A DNA stretch of 64,000 nucleotides from an uncultured delta proteobacterium (GTDB lineage: Bacteria > Desulfobacterota > Zymogenia > Zymogenales > Zymogenaceae). Under the pieces are notes generated by a model. That model ran no database searches and was not told the origin of the DNA. It saw only the letters and a program-made list of their open reading frames with translations. Position 1 is the first letter of the stretch; each line of letters begins with the position of its first letter. The translations under genes and the position numbers were made by a program. Shown piece by piece: positions 49,504 through 60,308 of this stretch. The stretch covers positions 800,001 through 864,000 of the forward strand of contig CAVTLK010000001.1 of assembly GCA_963735595.1 (NCBI GenBank). Reading direction: 5' to 3'.

Positions 49504-50151
49504 CTACACGTATCCTTCCTGGGCGAGCTTTGACAGCGTAATCCCGTCCCTGCCCGGTGAATGCTGTTGAGTCAGCAGCCGCTCGATATATCTGCCGATG
49601 ATATCGGACTCGATGTTTACCTCTCCGCCTGCCCTCTTTTGTGCGAGCGTCGTCTGCGTTTCAGTATGCCCGATGATATTGACGGTGAAGCCCGACCCTG
49701 TCAATGAATTAACCGTGAGGCTGATGCCGTCCACCGCCACCGATCCCTTGTCGACAAGGTATTTCATAACCGCGGGGTCTGTATCGATTTCGATAATCAG
49801 GCTGTCCGCATCGCGGGTGACGCCCCGGATTCTGCCGGTTGCCTCCACGTGCCCCTGAACCAGGTGGCCGCCGAGACGGTCCGTCGGCCTGAGCGCACGT
49901 TCCAGGTTTACCGGGAGCCCCGCGGCGGCTTTTTTCAGCGTGGAGCAGTTCAGCGTCTCGGGGGTGGCCTCCACCGAAAAGGAGCCGCCCGAGACGCCCA
50001 CGACCGTCAGGCAGACGCCGTCGACCGAGACGCTGTCGCCGACCCTGGTATCGGAAAGGTCAAGCGCAGTACCGATCGTCAGGATATAGATATTTCCCTG
50101 CTTCCTGACGGATCCCACCGTCCCTATCGACTCGATGATCCCGGTAAACAA
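49504..50151 (-). CDS. ribE: Riboflavin synthase alpha chain
   Basis: [28 protein letters not shown] and GISLTV. Confidence 0.95.
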   Translation of the reverse strand: MFTGIIESIGTVGSVRKQGNIYILTIGTALDLSDTRVGDSVSVDGVCLTVVGVSGGSFSVEATPETLNCSTLKKAAAGLPVNLERALRPTDRLGGHLVQGHVEATGRIRGVTRDADSLIIEIDTDPAVMKYLVDKGSVAVDGISLTVNSLTGSGFTVNIIGHTETQTTLAQKRAGGEVNIESDIIGRYIERLLTQQHSPGRDGITLSKLAQEGYV

Positions 50152-50241
50152 CGCCTGTATTCTCCTCTCGCCTTTTATCGGACCGCGTCGGCCCCTTATC
50201 CAATACGGGACGAAAAATCAGCCGGCCGTCGGTCGTTTTCT

Positions 50242-51321
50242 CTATCGATACGCCTCGACGATAAAGTCGTCGCCGAGCCGGCGAACCGTCATCTCCGATA
50301 CCCTCACGGACTCGGCGATCCGTTCGGGACCCCGTCCCACGGTCAATCCCAAACCGTCGCCCCCGGTGAGTATCTTCGGGGCGTATACCAATACTATTTT
50401 ATCGAATATAGCACGGGTAATGAAATATGTAAAGATGTTTGCCCCACCTTCAACGAGGAGCCGCATGACGTTGCGACGGGCGATTTCAACCAGGAGCGCT
50501 TCGACGTCGAGCATGCCGTTATCGGCGCGCGGGACGTAGACGATCTCGGCGCCCCGGGCGGAAAGCGCGTCGGCCCTCCGCCTGTCGGCGTCCTGCGCCG
50601 CCCCGATAATGACCGCGCCCGTCCCCTCGGAAAGCATCCGGGCGCCCACCGGCATCTCGAGATCGGGGTCGATGATCACGCGGTGCGGATCACGCCCGCG
50701 GACCATCCGCACCGTCAGTAGCGGGTTGTCCTTCTTCACCGTCCCGATGCCGACCAAAACCGCGTCCGATTTCGCCCGCATCCGGTGGACGAGGCGCCGG
50801 GAGGGTTCAGACGATATCCACTGGGAGTCTCCGGCGGCCGTCGCGATCTTGCCGTCAAGCGTCAGCGCCGCCTTCAGCGTAACGAACGGTATTTTCCTGG
50901 TGACGAATTTTATATACGCCTCGTAGAATCGCTCGACCGTGCCGGCCATGCCCTCGAAGATCACCTCGATACCGGCGTCCCTCAATATTTCGGCGCCCCC
51001 CCCCCGCACGTCGGGGTTGGGGTCTTTCATCCCGATAATGACGCGCCTGACGCCCGAATCGACCAGGGCGTCGGTGCAGGGCGGGGTCTTCCCGTGGTGG
51101 CTGCAGGGCTCCAGCGTTACGTAAAGGTCGGCCCCCCGCACGCCGCCGGCGCGCGACAAGGCATCGGCCTCCGCGTGGGGGGTTCCCGGTCCCTTGTGGA
51201 CCCCCTCGCCGATAATACGGCCGCCCTTCACGAACACCGCGCCCACCGGCGGGTTCGGCGAGGTCTTTCCCTCGTATCTCGCCGCCGCCGCCAGGGCCCT
51301 CTTCATGAAGCGGATATGCAT
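50242..51321 (-). CDS. ribD: Riboflavin biosynthesis deaminase/reductase
   Basis: PNPPVG, HAE, LEPCSHHGKTPPC, TLDGKIA and VEGG. Confidence 0.96.
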   Translation of the reverse strand: MHIRFMKRALAAAARYEGKTSPNPPVGAVFVKGGRIIGEGVHKGPGTPHAEADALSRAGGVRGADLYVTLEPCSHHGKTPPCTDALVDSGVRRVIIGMKDPNPDVRGGGAEILRDAGIEVIFEGMAGTVERFYEAYIKFVTRKIPFVTLKAALTLDGKIATAAGDSQWISSEPSRRLVHRMRAKSDAVLVGIGTVKKDNPLLTVRMVRGRDPHRVIIDPDLEMPVGARMLSEGTGAVIIGAAQDADRRRADALSARGAEIVYVPRADNGMLDVEALLVEIARRNVMRLLVEGGANIFTYFITRAIFDKIVLVYAPKILTGGDGLGLTVGRGPERIAESVRVSEMTVRRLGDDFIVEAYR

Positions 51322-51792
51322 TTATTCCTTGGTATCATCCCGCCGGTCCAGGATATCCTTGAGCTCGGACATGAATTCATTGATATCCTTGAAAGACCGG
51401 TAGACCGAGGCGAAACGGACGTAGGCCACGTCATCCAGGTCCCTGAGATATTTCATCACCCGCTCACCTATCTCGGTGCTCCTGACCTCGCGATCGGACG
51501 CCTCCGAGAAGCTCGCCTCGATCCGAGTCACGACGTTCTCAACTGCCTCGACGCTGATCGGCCGTTTTTCGCAGGCCTTCTTGATGCCGAGCAGGATTTT
51601 GTTGCGGTCAAACGGTTCACGTCTCCCGTCCTTTTTGACCACCATCGGCAGCACATCCTCGACACGCTCGTAGGTAGTAAAGCGCCTCTCGCACTTGAGG
51701 CATTCCCTCCGGCGCCGAATGATGTCCCCCTCCTTACCGAGGCGGGAGTCGATAACCTTATCGTCCATGAAACCGCAAAAGGGACACTTCAT
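51322..51792 (-). CDS. nrdR: Transcriptional repressor NrdR
   Basis: MKCPFC, RRRREC..C..RFTTYE, an ATP cone and AYVRFASVY. Confidence 0.97.
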   Translation of the reverse strand: MKCPFCGFMDDKVIDSRLGKEGDIIRRRRECLKCERRFTTYERVEDVLPMVVKKDGRREPFDRNKILLGIKKACEKRPISVEAVENVVTRIEASFSEASDREVRSTEIGERVMKYLRDLDDVAYVRFASVYRSFKDINEFMSELKDILDRRDDTKE

Positions 51793-51888
51793 CTGGCTGT
51801 CGTTACCCCGTTATGATGGCGAATAAAACATCAGCGTGCCGGTTAGCGTTTCCGCCGGACAAGGACGTCTCGCCGCGCCCGGCTGCGG

Positions 51889-52377
51889 CTATTTGCCCGA
51901 GGCAAACTGCTCGACAGTAATTCCCGCCTCGTGCAGGAGCTGTTGGGAGAGGCGGTCGTCGTAACGCTCCCGGTAGACGATCCTCACGATTCCGGCGTTG
52001 ATGATCATCTTGGCGCAGATTACACAGGGAAAGGTCGCGGTATAGATAGTGGCGCCGCTGATTCCAACGCCGTGGTAGGCCGCCTGGATGATTGCGTTCT
52101 GTTCGGCATGGAGTCCCCGGCATAACTCGTGTTTCTCGCCGGAAGGGACATTAAGCTGGTCCCTGAGGCAGCCCACGTCCGCGCAGTGGGCCAGCCCCCG
52201 CGGGGCGCCGTTATAGCCCGTGGCCAGTATATTCTTGTCTTTTACGATGACCGCACCCACCTGCCTTCTGACGCAGGTGGAACGCTGGGCGACCAGGTCG
52301 ACAATGCCCATGAAGTATTCGTCCCATCCGGGACGACGGCGGGAAGCTGTATCGTTCGTTTGTTCCAAGGGGGTCAC
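51889..52377 (-). CDS. dCMP deaminase family protein
   Basis: WDEYFM, RSTC.RR.VGA, TGYNG, HAEQNAI and PCVICAK. Confidence 0.92.
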   Translation of the reverse strand: MTPLEQTNDTASRRRPGWDEYFMGIVDLVAQRSTCVRRQVGAVIVKDKNILATGYNGAPRGLAHCADVGCLRDQLNVPSGEKHELCRGLHAEQNAIIQAAYHGVGISGATIYTATFPCVICAKMIINAGIVRIVYRERYDDRLSQQLLHEAGITVEQFASGK

Positions 52378-53639
52378 TACCCCTCGAGTTTGTAGCGGTA
52401 GATAGGAAAATCTTTAAGAAATTCTTCCACTTTGGTTCGCGTGGCGCGCTGGGTCTTCTCGTTGGCGACATCCGAGAGTACATCGGCGATGAGGTCTGCC
52501 ACCACGAGGACGTCTTTTTCTTTCATGCCCCGCGTCGTCACGGCGGGAGTCCCGAACCGAACCCCGCTGGTGACCCGGGGGGGCATGGTATCGTAGGGAA
52601 TGCCGTTCTTGTTGGCGCAGATCCCGGCCCGTTCGAGGGCATCCGCAGCGACGTTGCCGGTAAGCCCACGATGGCCGACGTCGATGAGGAAGAGGTGGTT
52701 ATCGGTCCCGCCCGACACAATGCGAAAGCCCTTTTGGGCGAGCCTGTCGGCCATCGCCGCGGCGTTTTTAACGATCTGGTGCTGGTACTGCTTGAAGTCG
52801 TCGGTGAGGGCCTCTTTAAGGGCGACGGCCTTGGCGGCAATCACGTGCATGAGGGGACCGCCCTGCGTTCCGGGAAACATCGTTGAGTCGATCTTCTTTG
52901 CGTATTGCTCCTTGCACATGATCATGCCGCCCCGGGGGCCGCGCATCGTCTTGTGGTTGGTTACGGTCACGAAATCGCTCATAGGGATCGGGCTGTTGTG
53001 GACCCCGGCGACGACAAGCCCGCCGATATGGGCGATATCGGCCATGAGCATCGCGCCGCAGGATTCGGCTATTTCGCCGAACTTGGCAAAGTCTATCTCA
53101 CGGGGATACGAGCTGGCCCCGCAGATGATGAGCCTGGGTTTGTGTTGCCGGGCAAGACTCATGACCTCGTTGTAGTCGATTCGCTCGGTCTTGCTGTCAA
53201 CATTATAGAAGACAATATTGAAGAGCCTGCCCGAAATATTAACCGGATTGCCGTGGGACAGGTGCCCTCCATGGGAAAGGTTCATGGAAAGGATCGTATC
53301 GCCGGGATTGAGGATTGAAAACAGGACGCCGATATTGGCCTGGACACCGGAGTGAGGCTGAACGTTGACGTGCTCACATCCGAAGACCGCCTTGGCCCGG
53401 TCGATCGCCAGCTGCTCGGCGACGTCCACATATTCGCACCCGTTATAGTATCTCTTCCCGGGGTAGCCCTCTGCGTATTTATTGGTCAGGACGGAGCCGG
53501 TGGCCTGAAGCACGGCCTCGCTGACGAAATTTTCAGATGCTATAAGGACAATCGTATGTTCCTGACGATTAATTTCACCCTGGATGGCTCCGTAGAGCTC
53601 CGGGTCTGCATGGATGAGGCCTCTGCTATTTACGGTCAT
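52377..53639 (-). CDS. glyA: Serine hydroxymethyltransferase
   Basis: [33 protein letters not shown] and FPGTQGGP. Confidence 0.97.
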   Translation of the reverse strand: MTVNSRGLIHADPELYGAIQGEINRQEHTIVLIASENFVSEAVLQATGSVLTNKYAEGYPGKRYYNGCEYVDVAEQLAIDRAKAVFGCEHVNVQPHSGVQANIGVLFSILNPGDTILSMNLSHGGHLSHGNPVNISGRLFNIVFYNVDSKTERIDYNEVMSLARQHKPRLIICGASSYPREIDFAKFGEIAESCGAMLMADIAHIGGLVVAGVHNSPIPMSDFVTVTNHKTMRGPRGGMIMCKEQYAKKIDSTMFPGTQGGPLMHVIAAKAVALKEALTDDFKQYQHQIVKNAAAMADRLAQKGFRIVSGGTDNHLFLIDVGHRGLTGNVAADALERAGICANKNGIPYDTMPPRVTSGVRFGTPAVTTRGMKEKDVLVVADLIADVLSDVANEKTQRATRTKVEEFLKDFPIYRYKLEG

Positions 53640-54085
53640 TGATGCGGTCCCTTCTCTATTTCTGCGATCTTGTTAACCCGTTTTTCGTGTCTCCCGGCTT
53701 CAAACGGCTCCCGGACGAAGGCCTTGACGATTTCTTTGGCCAGCTCCGGCCCGGTAGTCCTGCCTCCGAGCGTGAGGACGTTCGCGTTATTGTGCCGGCG
53801 AGCCATACGAGCCGTAAAGATATCCCATGCCAGCGCCGCCCGGATTCCGGGAACCTTGTTGGCGGCGATACTCATGCCGATTCCCGTTCCGCATATGAGA
53901 ATACCCAGATCGACGGACCCATCTCGAACGAGCGCCGCCACCTTCTTCGCGAAATCTGGGTAATCAACCGGATCGGGAGTGTCCGTGCCGACATCGATGA
54001 CCTGAATACCTTCGTCCGCAAGCACCCCGTTCACTACCTTCTTGAGCTCCAGACCGCCGTGGTCTGAGCCGACAGCTACTTTCAT
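53636..54085 (-). CDS. rpiB: Ribose-5-phosphate isomerase B
   Basis: [30 protein letters not shown] and GRH..R. Confidence 0.96.
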   Translation of the reverse strand: MKVAVGSDHGGLELKKVVNGVLADEGIQVIDVGTDTPDPVDYPDFAKKVAALVRDGSVDLGILICGTGIGMSIAANKVPGIRAALAWDIFTARMARRHNNANVLTLGGRTTGPELAKEIVKAFVREPFEAGRHEKRVNKIAEIEKGPHQ

Positions 54086-54096
54086 ACGCTGCCCGA

Positions 54097-54330
54097 CTAT
54101 AGCTTATCGTTAATATAGCTAATAGCGTCCTGAACCGTTACGATTTTTTCCGCGTCTTCGTCGGAGATCTCAACGTCGAATTCGTCTTCGATGGTCATGA
54201 TCATCTCAACGATATCAAGAGAATCCGCGCCCAGATCGTCGATAAAGGAAGCTTCCGTCTGTATCTCGTCTTTATCCAGCCCGAGCTGTTCGGCGATTAT
54301 CTCCAATACCCTTTCCTCAACCGATGCCAT
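54097..54330 (-). CDS. acpP: Acyl carrier protein
   Basis: [11 protein letters not shown] in an acidic 77-aa protein. Confidence 0.96.
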   Translation of the reverse strand: MASVEERVLEIIAEQLGLDKDEIQTEASFIDDLGADSLDIVEMIMTIEDEFDVEISDEDAEKIVTVQDAISYINDKL

Positions 54331-54382
54331 TTTTTCCTCCTACGATTGTATAGTTCTGACAAACCTTCATACATAACACCGA

Positions 54383-55123
54383 TTACATGAACAGACCGCC
54401 GTTAACCGCGATAACCTGTCCGGTGATATAGCCGGCCCAGTCCGAAACCAAAAAGCCTACCGCGTCGGCCACTTCCTCGGCAGTTCCGATCCTGCCGACG
54501 GGAATCTGAGAAATAATGGCCTTCCTCGCCTTTTCCGGAAGGCCCTGGGTCATCTCGGTATCGATGAGCCCCGGTGATACGGCGTTGACCGTGATTCCCT
54601 GCTCGGCAAGCTCCCGGGCCACCGCTTTGGTAAAGCCGATGATACCCGCTTTGGAGGCCGAATAGTTGACCTGTCCGGGATTCCCGTATTGACCGGCGAC
54701 CGACGCGAGGTTGACGATCCGACCCCACTTGGCCTTGAACATCGGCCTGGTGACCGCCTTGGTCATCAGGTACGTCCCCTTGAGGTTGGTGTCCAGCACG
54801 TCGTCCCAGTCGCTCTCCTTCATGAAGATGAAGAGGTTGTCCCGGGTTCTCCCGGCGTTATTTACCAGAATGTCTATGCGGCCCGCCGCAGAAAGCACGT
54901 GTTTTACGGCGGCGGTGACGTCGTCCGGCAATGCTACGTCGCACTGAAGGAGATCGGCCGCGCCGCCTTTCTTAACGATCTCCTGTTGAACCTCTCGGGC
55001 GGCCGCCTCGTTCTTCTGGTAGTTAACAAAGACCCTGGCGTTGGCGGCCGCGAGTTTTATCGCTATCGCTCGCCCGATGCCCCGGGAAGCCCCGGTGACG
55101 ATCGCTACCCTTCCGTCAAGCAC
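54383..55123 (-). CDS. fabG: 3-oxoacyl-ACP reductase
   Basis: TGASRGIG, NNAG.TRD and GNPGQVNYSASKAG. Lies between fabD and acpP. Confidence 0.94.
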   Translation of the reverse strand: MLDGRVAIVTGASRGIGRAIAIKLAAANARVFVNYQKNEAAAREVQQEIVKKGGAADLLQCDVALPDDVTAAVKHVLSAAGRIDILVNNAGRTRDNLFIFMKESDWDDVLDTNLKGTYLMTKAVTRPMFKAKWGRIVNLASVAGQYGNPGQVNYSASKAGIIGFTKAVARELAEQGITVNAVSPGLIDTEMTQGLPEKARKAIISQIPVGRIGTAEEVADAVGFLVSDWAGYITGQVIAVNGGLFM

Positions 55124-55195
55124 CTGCCGCCCCCCTGGGACTCATCGTAGAGCCCGTCCTACTATCTAAAGCACAAGTTTTCGGAATTTGCAAGA

Positions 55196-56144
55196 TTATT
55201 GATACTTTTTTTGCGCCTCCCTGAGCGAGGCCATGTCCCCTACCGACAGCGTCCGCGACCGTATCGTCTATCCGCTTGATCAGGCCCGCCAACACCGTGC
55301 CCGGCCCCACCTCGACGAAATCCGTGACTCCGTTATCGATCATGGTGCGCACGCTCTGTTCCCATCTGACCGGCAGGACCAGCTGCTTGACCAGGAGTTC
55401 GGCAATCGCGTCCGCCCCGGGGTACGGCGCCGCCGTCACGTTCGAGACCACCGGTATCACCGGCTCGGCAAACGATATCCCCGCGAGCACCCCCTTCAGC
55501 TTTTCGGCCGCCCCTTGCATCAACGGACAGTGCGAGGGAACGCTGACCTTGAGGACGATAACGGCGCGGGCCCCGGACTCCTTTGCCCTCTTCTGGGCCC
55601 GCTCGACCGCAGCGCGGTGCCCCGAAATAACGATCTGCCCCGGGGCGTTGAAATTGGCCGCAGTCACGATCTCATCGGCCGTTGAGACTTCCGCGAGGAT
55701 TGGATCGAGCCGCCCCGCCTCCATGCCGATGACGGCCGCCATCGCCCCCTCCCCCTCGCCGACCGCCTCCTTCATGAACAACGCCCGTTTTCCAACGAGA
55801 CCGGCCGCCTGCCGAACCGGAAGCACTCCGGCCGCGACCAGCGCCGAGTATTCTCCCAGGCTGTGGCCGGCGGCGAACGCGGGCCTATGGTTGCTCCCTA
55901 TGCCGGCCTCACGGAGCGCCGCGAGGATCGCCGCCGAGAGGACGAGAATGGCAGGCTGCGTATTTTCCGTCTTTGAGAGCTCTTCAGGCGGTCCCTTCAG
56001 GATGAGCTTTCGGATATCTCTATGGAGCTCGTCCTCGGCCTCCTCAAAGACGAGTCGGGCCGCCTTGAAATCCGCGATGATATCGGCCCCCATTCCCACG
56101 GATTGGGAACCCTGGCCGGGAAACACCAGCGCAAAATGGGACAC
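55196..56144 (-). CDS. fabD: Malonyl-CoA:ACP transacylase; probable frameshift at ~55256
   Basis: FPGQGSQ, TQPAI, GHSLGEY and EVGPG. The shifted tail RTLSVGDMASLREAQKKYQ* gives a normal length and removes the overlap with fabG. Confidence 0.92.
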
Positions 56145-56204
56145 CGTTTTCCCCCGATGAGTCTACCGCGGCGATGACGATCACGCCGCCGCCGTTGACG
56201 GCTG

Positions 56205-57150
56205 CTATTGTGTGATTCGCTCGCCCATGGCCCGGATGGTGCGTCGGGCCTGTTCCATGGTATCGTCGATGATCTCTTTGGCCGATCTCCTTACGGTGAC
56301 CAGTCCCGCGATCTGGCCCGCCATCACGGAGCCCTCTTCTACATCCCCTGCGACGGCCCGGGCCAGCGCGCCTTCGCCGAACCGCTGGATCTCTTCGGGG
56401 GAGGCCCCGCCCTTTTCCATGTCAAGGATCCTTCGGGCGAGCCTGTTCCTGATAATCCTGACCGGGTGTCCCGTGGACCTTCCCGTGACAATCGTATCCC
56501 GATCCCCGGCGCCGATGATTCGCTGTTTCCAGCGCTCATCACGTCACATTCGTCGGCCGTACAAAAGACGGTCCCCATCTGTATCCCTTCGGCCCCGAGG
56601 GCAGAGCGCCGAAGCCAAACCCCTTCCGTCCGCGATCCCCCCGGCCGCAATCACCGGTATCGAAACCGCACGGCTTACCATCGCGGTGAGCGCCATCGTC
56701 GTCAATTCGCCGACGTGCCCGCCGGACTCGTATCCCTCTGCGATGACGGCTGCCGCCCCCGCCCGTTCCAACCGCACCGCCAGGCTGACCGACGCAACGA
56801 CCGGAATAACGGTTAGGTCGCTGCCCTGAGCCTTTCTGATGATCGGACCGGCGTTTCCCGCCCCAACGGTAAGTACCGGCACGGCTTCACGGATCACGAC
56901 CGCCAGCTTCTCTTCGGCCAGGGGCACGGTGAGGATCAGGTTCACGCCGAAGGGACGAGACGTCAGCTTTCGGGTGCGCCCTATTTCGTCTTTGAGTTCA
57001 TCCGGACTCCATAAGCCCGGCGCCGATGATGCCAAGCCCACCGGCTTCACTTACGGCCGCCACAAGCGCCGCATGAGACACCCGCGCCATACCGCCCTGT
57101 AGGATCGGATAGGGAATGCCCAGCAGCGGCAGCAGCCTGGAGGAGATCAC
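56205..57150 (-). CDS. fabK: FabK-like enoyl-ACP reductase II (nitronate monooxygenase family); frameshifts at ~57010, ~56605 and ~56540
   Basis: YPILQGGMA...SEAGGLG, PFGVN, EGYESGGHVG, IAAGGIADGRG, LGAEGIQMGT, GHPVRIIRN and GSVMAGQIAG, across four segments. Confidence 0.85.
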
Positions 57151-57332
57151 TATTCTTCCTCGGCCTTGATAACCTCCCGGTTTTTATAGTAACCGCAGTG
57201 GGGACATACCTGGTGGGGGGCCTTGGCCTCTCCGCAGTTCGTACAAAGACTGCGTCCGGGCTCCACTAGTGCCTGGTGGGCCCGCCGTTTTCCTCTGCGT
57301 GCACGTGATATCTTTCTTTTAGGAAGAGCCAT
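57150..57332 (-). CDS. rpmF: 50S ribosomal protein L32
   Basis: [19 protein letters not shown] with CxxC...CxxCGYY. Confidence 0.96.
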   Translation of the reverse strand: MALPKRKISRARRGKRRAHQALVEPGRSLCTNCGEAKAPHQVCPHCGYYKNREVIKAEEE

Positions 57333-57334
57333 GG

Positions 57335-57947
57335 TTATTTCCTCTGTTGCTTGATGGAGAGATTTTTCAACTTTTCAAACCGTATGTCGATCAATTCATC
57401 CCTGCAGCCGCAAATCCCGTCGTTGAGATTCTTGCCGCATCGGACGCACAGCCCCAGGCAGTCGTCATTGCAGAGCGGCTTGACGGGCAGGTTGAGGGAT
57501 ATCTGCTCAACGATAACTTGTCCGATATCGAACATATCCCCGTGAAAGAAATTAAGCTCGAGGTCCTCTCTCTTGAGCTCTATTTCCTTTCCGGCGACCG
57601 CCTCATGGGTAAATACGCTCTTAAACTGGATGTCAAGCTTCCTGTCAAACAGCTCGGTGCACCGGCTGCACGCCCGCCGCGCCTTCGTCAGAATGCGCCC
57701 GTCGACAATCAGGGTATCGTCGGTCCGTCTGAGATAAATCGTACCTTCGAAGCCCTCGGGAAAGGTGAGCTCCATTTCCCGGATAACGCCCAGCAGATCA
57801 TCCTGCCAGCCGGTCCCGTCGATAACCGTATGGATCTCCAGACGACTCGCTGCGCCCAGCCATTGCGGGAAATGCGCGTCGTCCGGGCATTTCGATGGAT
57901 ATTCCGCCCGAAGGGATTTCTCCGATCTTGAAAAGAAGGAAATCCAT
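57335..57947 (-). CDS. yceD: YceD/DUF177 protein; probable frameshift at ~57885
   Basis: CSRC, LP.KPLC..DC.GLC..CGKNLN...C.C and D.RF..L. The likely N-terminus [19 protein letters not shown] is in a shifted frame. Confidence 0.85.
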
Positions 57948-57987
57948 ACCCCATACCCCACACCCTATACGCTATCCGCTATACGCT
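57944..57987. repeat. Degenerate heptamer tandem repeat, about 6 units
   Basis: CCATACC CCATACC CCACACC CTATACG CTATCCG CTATACG. Confidence 0.6.
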
Positions 57988-58111
57988 CTTATTTCTGCAG
58001 CATATTCAATAGATTTGGATATATATAGCTAAACGCTTTTTCTTTGTCAAGGAAATTTAAATAATTCGGTGCGCATGTCCCGTTTTCTGGCTCGTTTGGC
58101 GTGAAATTGGC

Positions 58112-58141
58112 TTGACAGGGCCTTCTCTTTTTACTTATAAT
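58112..58141 (+). promoter_or_regulatory. Sigma70-type promoter just upstream of the riboswitch
   Basis: TTGACA, 18-nt spacer, TATAAT. A divergent TTGACA-N17-TATATA lies at 58050-58022. Confidence 0.7.
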
Positions 58142-58150
58142 TATAAGATA

Positions 58151-58297
58151 ATTCTCCGATCCGCTTCACCTACGGTCTCAGGCCCATGCCACTGCCCTTA
58201 TAAGAACAAGAACGGCGGCAGGCACGGGGCACTACGGTGAGTGGACGATACGGTTCGGCGGGAAACGGCCGGGCCCTCCGTGTTTGAAAAGGAGAGT
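58151..58297 (+). ncRNA. Moco/Wco (molybdenum/tungsten cofactor) riboswitch-like RNA motif
   Basis: P1 ATTCTC/GAGAGT; P2 TCCGCTTCACC/GGTGAGTGGA with a CCTACG/TACGG receptor-like loop; P4 GGTTCGGC-(GAAA)-GCCGGGCC; tail CTCCGTGTTTGAAAAGGAG. Upstream of tungstate transport and cofactor synthesis genes. Confidence 0.8.
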
Positions 58298-58569
58298 TGG
58301 ATAGAACGATTCGTCTACCGGCGTCACGAAGGCTCCCGCCTTCCTGATGCCCCGCCTACCGACTCCCTCGATAACAACTGTATCTGTCGGCGCATCGGAA
58401 CATCCCCGGAAAGGGTTTGTCCCGCCGTATTTCCATCGGCCCCGATGTGATACTAATTCTATCCCTATCCATGCAGGCGCATAAAGGGGAAGGGTCGCCG
58501 ACTAAACCGTCCAGGGACGGCCGGATCGAGATTAGTACTCTAGTGCGGTAACGGATATGAGGAGTCCAC

Positions 58570-59284
58570 GTGTTTAATTGAGACGCTGCGCTACATCACC
58601 GACGGGCTGGAGCAGGCCCTCGTCCTGATCGTTACGTTCGACCCGCAGGTATACGAGATCGTGGGGATCACCCTCTACTGTTCGCTGACGGCCACCCTCA
58701 TCGGGACGCTGTTCGCCCTGCCGACCGGCTTTTTAATCGGCGCCTACGACTTTAAGGGGAAGAACGGGCTCGTGACGCTCTTTTCCACCTTCATGGCGCT
58801 GCCGACGACCGTCGTGGGTCTCTGCGGATACGCGCTCCTTTCCAAGAGCGGTCCCCTCGGCTTTCTGGGCCTCCTGTTTACGCCCGGGGCGATCATCATC
58901 GGCGAGACGGTGCTCTGCTTTCCGATTATCGTCGCCTTTGCCATATCCACCACGCAGACGGTCAACCCCCTGGTACGGCAGACGGCCCTCACCCTCGGCG
59001 CCTCGCCCTTCCAGGCGTCCCTGGCGGTTTTCTTCGAGGGGAGGATCGGCTATCTGGTCTGCGTGGCCGCGGGATTTGCGCGCGTCATCGCGGAGGTGGG
59101 CGCGGCCATGATGCTGGGCGGCAACATCAAGGGACATACCCGGACGCTCACCACCGCCATCGCGCTGGAGACGGGCAAGGGGGAATTCTCCCTCGGCATG
59201 GCCCTCGGCATTATCCTGCTGATCCTGGCGCTCGCCGTCAACATTCCGATACAGCGCCTCAAGCGTATCGGGGACGTGTCATGA
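58570..59284 (+). CDS. tupB: Tungstate ABC transporter permease; probable extra base at ~58576
   Basis: LPTTVVGL..Y.LLS..GPLG.LGLLFT, EVGAAMMLGGNI and TTAIALETGKG. GAGGAG plus GTG 58570 is one base out of frame. Confidence 0.85.
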
Positions 59285-60308
59285 AGACCGATTACGCGAT
59301 CCAGATTACCGGCCTCACCAAGGCCTACGGTACGGGCACGGTCCTGGACATCGACAAACGCGCATTCGAGCGCGGGAAAATCTATGGGCTCGTGGGGCCG
59401 AACGGATCGGGAAAAAGCACGCTCCTTTCGATCCTGGCCCACCTTATCCCCCCCACGACCGGGACGATCCGCCTGTCCGGGGTCGATACCACCCTCATGC
59501 CCGCCCCCGAGACCAGGAGGCGCATCACCCTGGTCCATCAGGAGCCAGTGATGTTTCGCACAAGCGTGAGGAAAAACGTGTCGATGGGGCTCATCTACCG
59601 TGACGTACCCAAGCAGGAGCGGGAACAGCGGGTCGTGGAGGCCCTTCGCTCCGTCGGCATGGAGCACCTCGCCAGAAGGAACGCGCGTACGCTCTCGGGC
59701 GGCGAGACCAAGCGTGTCGCTGTCGCCCGGGCGCTGGCAATCTCCCCCGATATCCTGCTGTTGGACGAACCGACGGCAAATGTCGACGGTATCAACGCCG
59801 GCCGGATAGAGCAGATCATCAGGCACATAAACGAAAGCGCCGGCATGACGATTATCTTTTCCACCCATAACCTCAACCAGGCCTACCGCCTGTCCCACGA
59901 GGTCGTCACCCTCATGTACGGCAAGGCGCAGGGCACGTCGCTGGTGAATATCTTTTCGGGGGTCGTCCAAAAGGAAGATGGCGAGCCGGTTTTCGATACC
60001 GGCCGCGCGCGCATCAAGCTTCCGGTATTCGACGGTGACGTCCGGCAGATATCGGTGGATCCCAACGACATTATCATATCACGGCAACCCGTCTCCTCCA
60101 GCGCCCGTAACCATTTCTCGGGTCCAGATCATCGAAATGATAAGGGACGGCCGACGCGGTTACCGTCACGGTTCGGGCCGAGGAGGATTTCAGGATTACC
60201 GTCACCGAGCGCTCCATCAGGGAGATGGGGCTGTTTATCGGCGAAGACGTCTCCATTACATTTAAGGCGTCGTCGGTGGCGATGTATAACCCGCAGGGAC
60301 AGCAGTGA
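59281..60308 (+). CDS. tupC: Tungstate ABC transporter ATPase with C-terminal TOBE domain; frameshifts at ~60123 and ~60152
   Basis: GPNGSGKS, LSGGE, LLLDEPT and SSARN. The TOBE tail VTERSIREMGL..GE.V...FKASSV is in a shifted frame and ends at TGA 60308. Confidence 0.85.

Noticed and set aside
47804..51321. FMN riboswitch for the rib genes
   Set aside because: ribD starts 1 nt after the nrdR stop, and no RFN-like motif is visible in the short gaps.
56205..57150. fabK, and also tex, ppcA and tupC, as true pseudogenes or programmed frameshifts
   Set aside because: Only single-base indels are seen, motifs are intact, there is no consistent slippery site, and the same pattern affects many unrelated genes. 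Sequencing error is simpler.
58241..58450. 69-aa ORF upstream of tupB
   Set aside because: It starts inside the riboswitch structure, has no convincing RBS and shows no recognisable motif.
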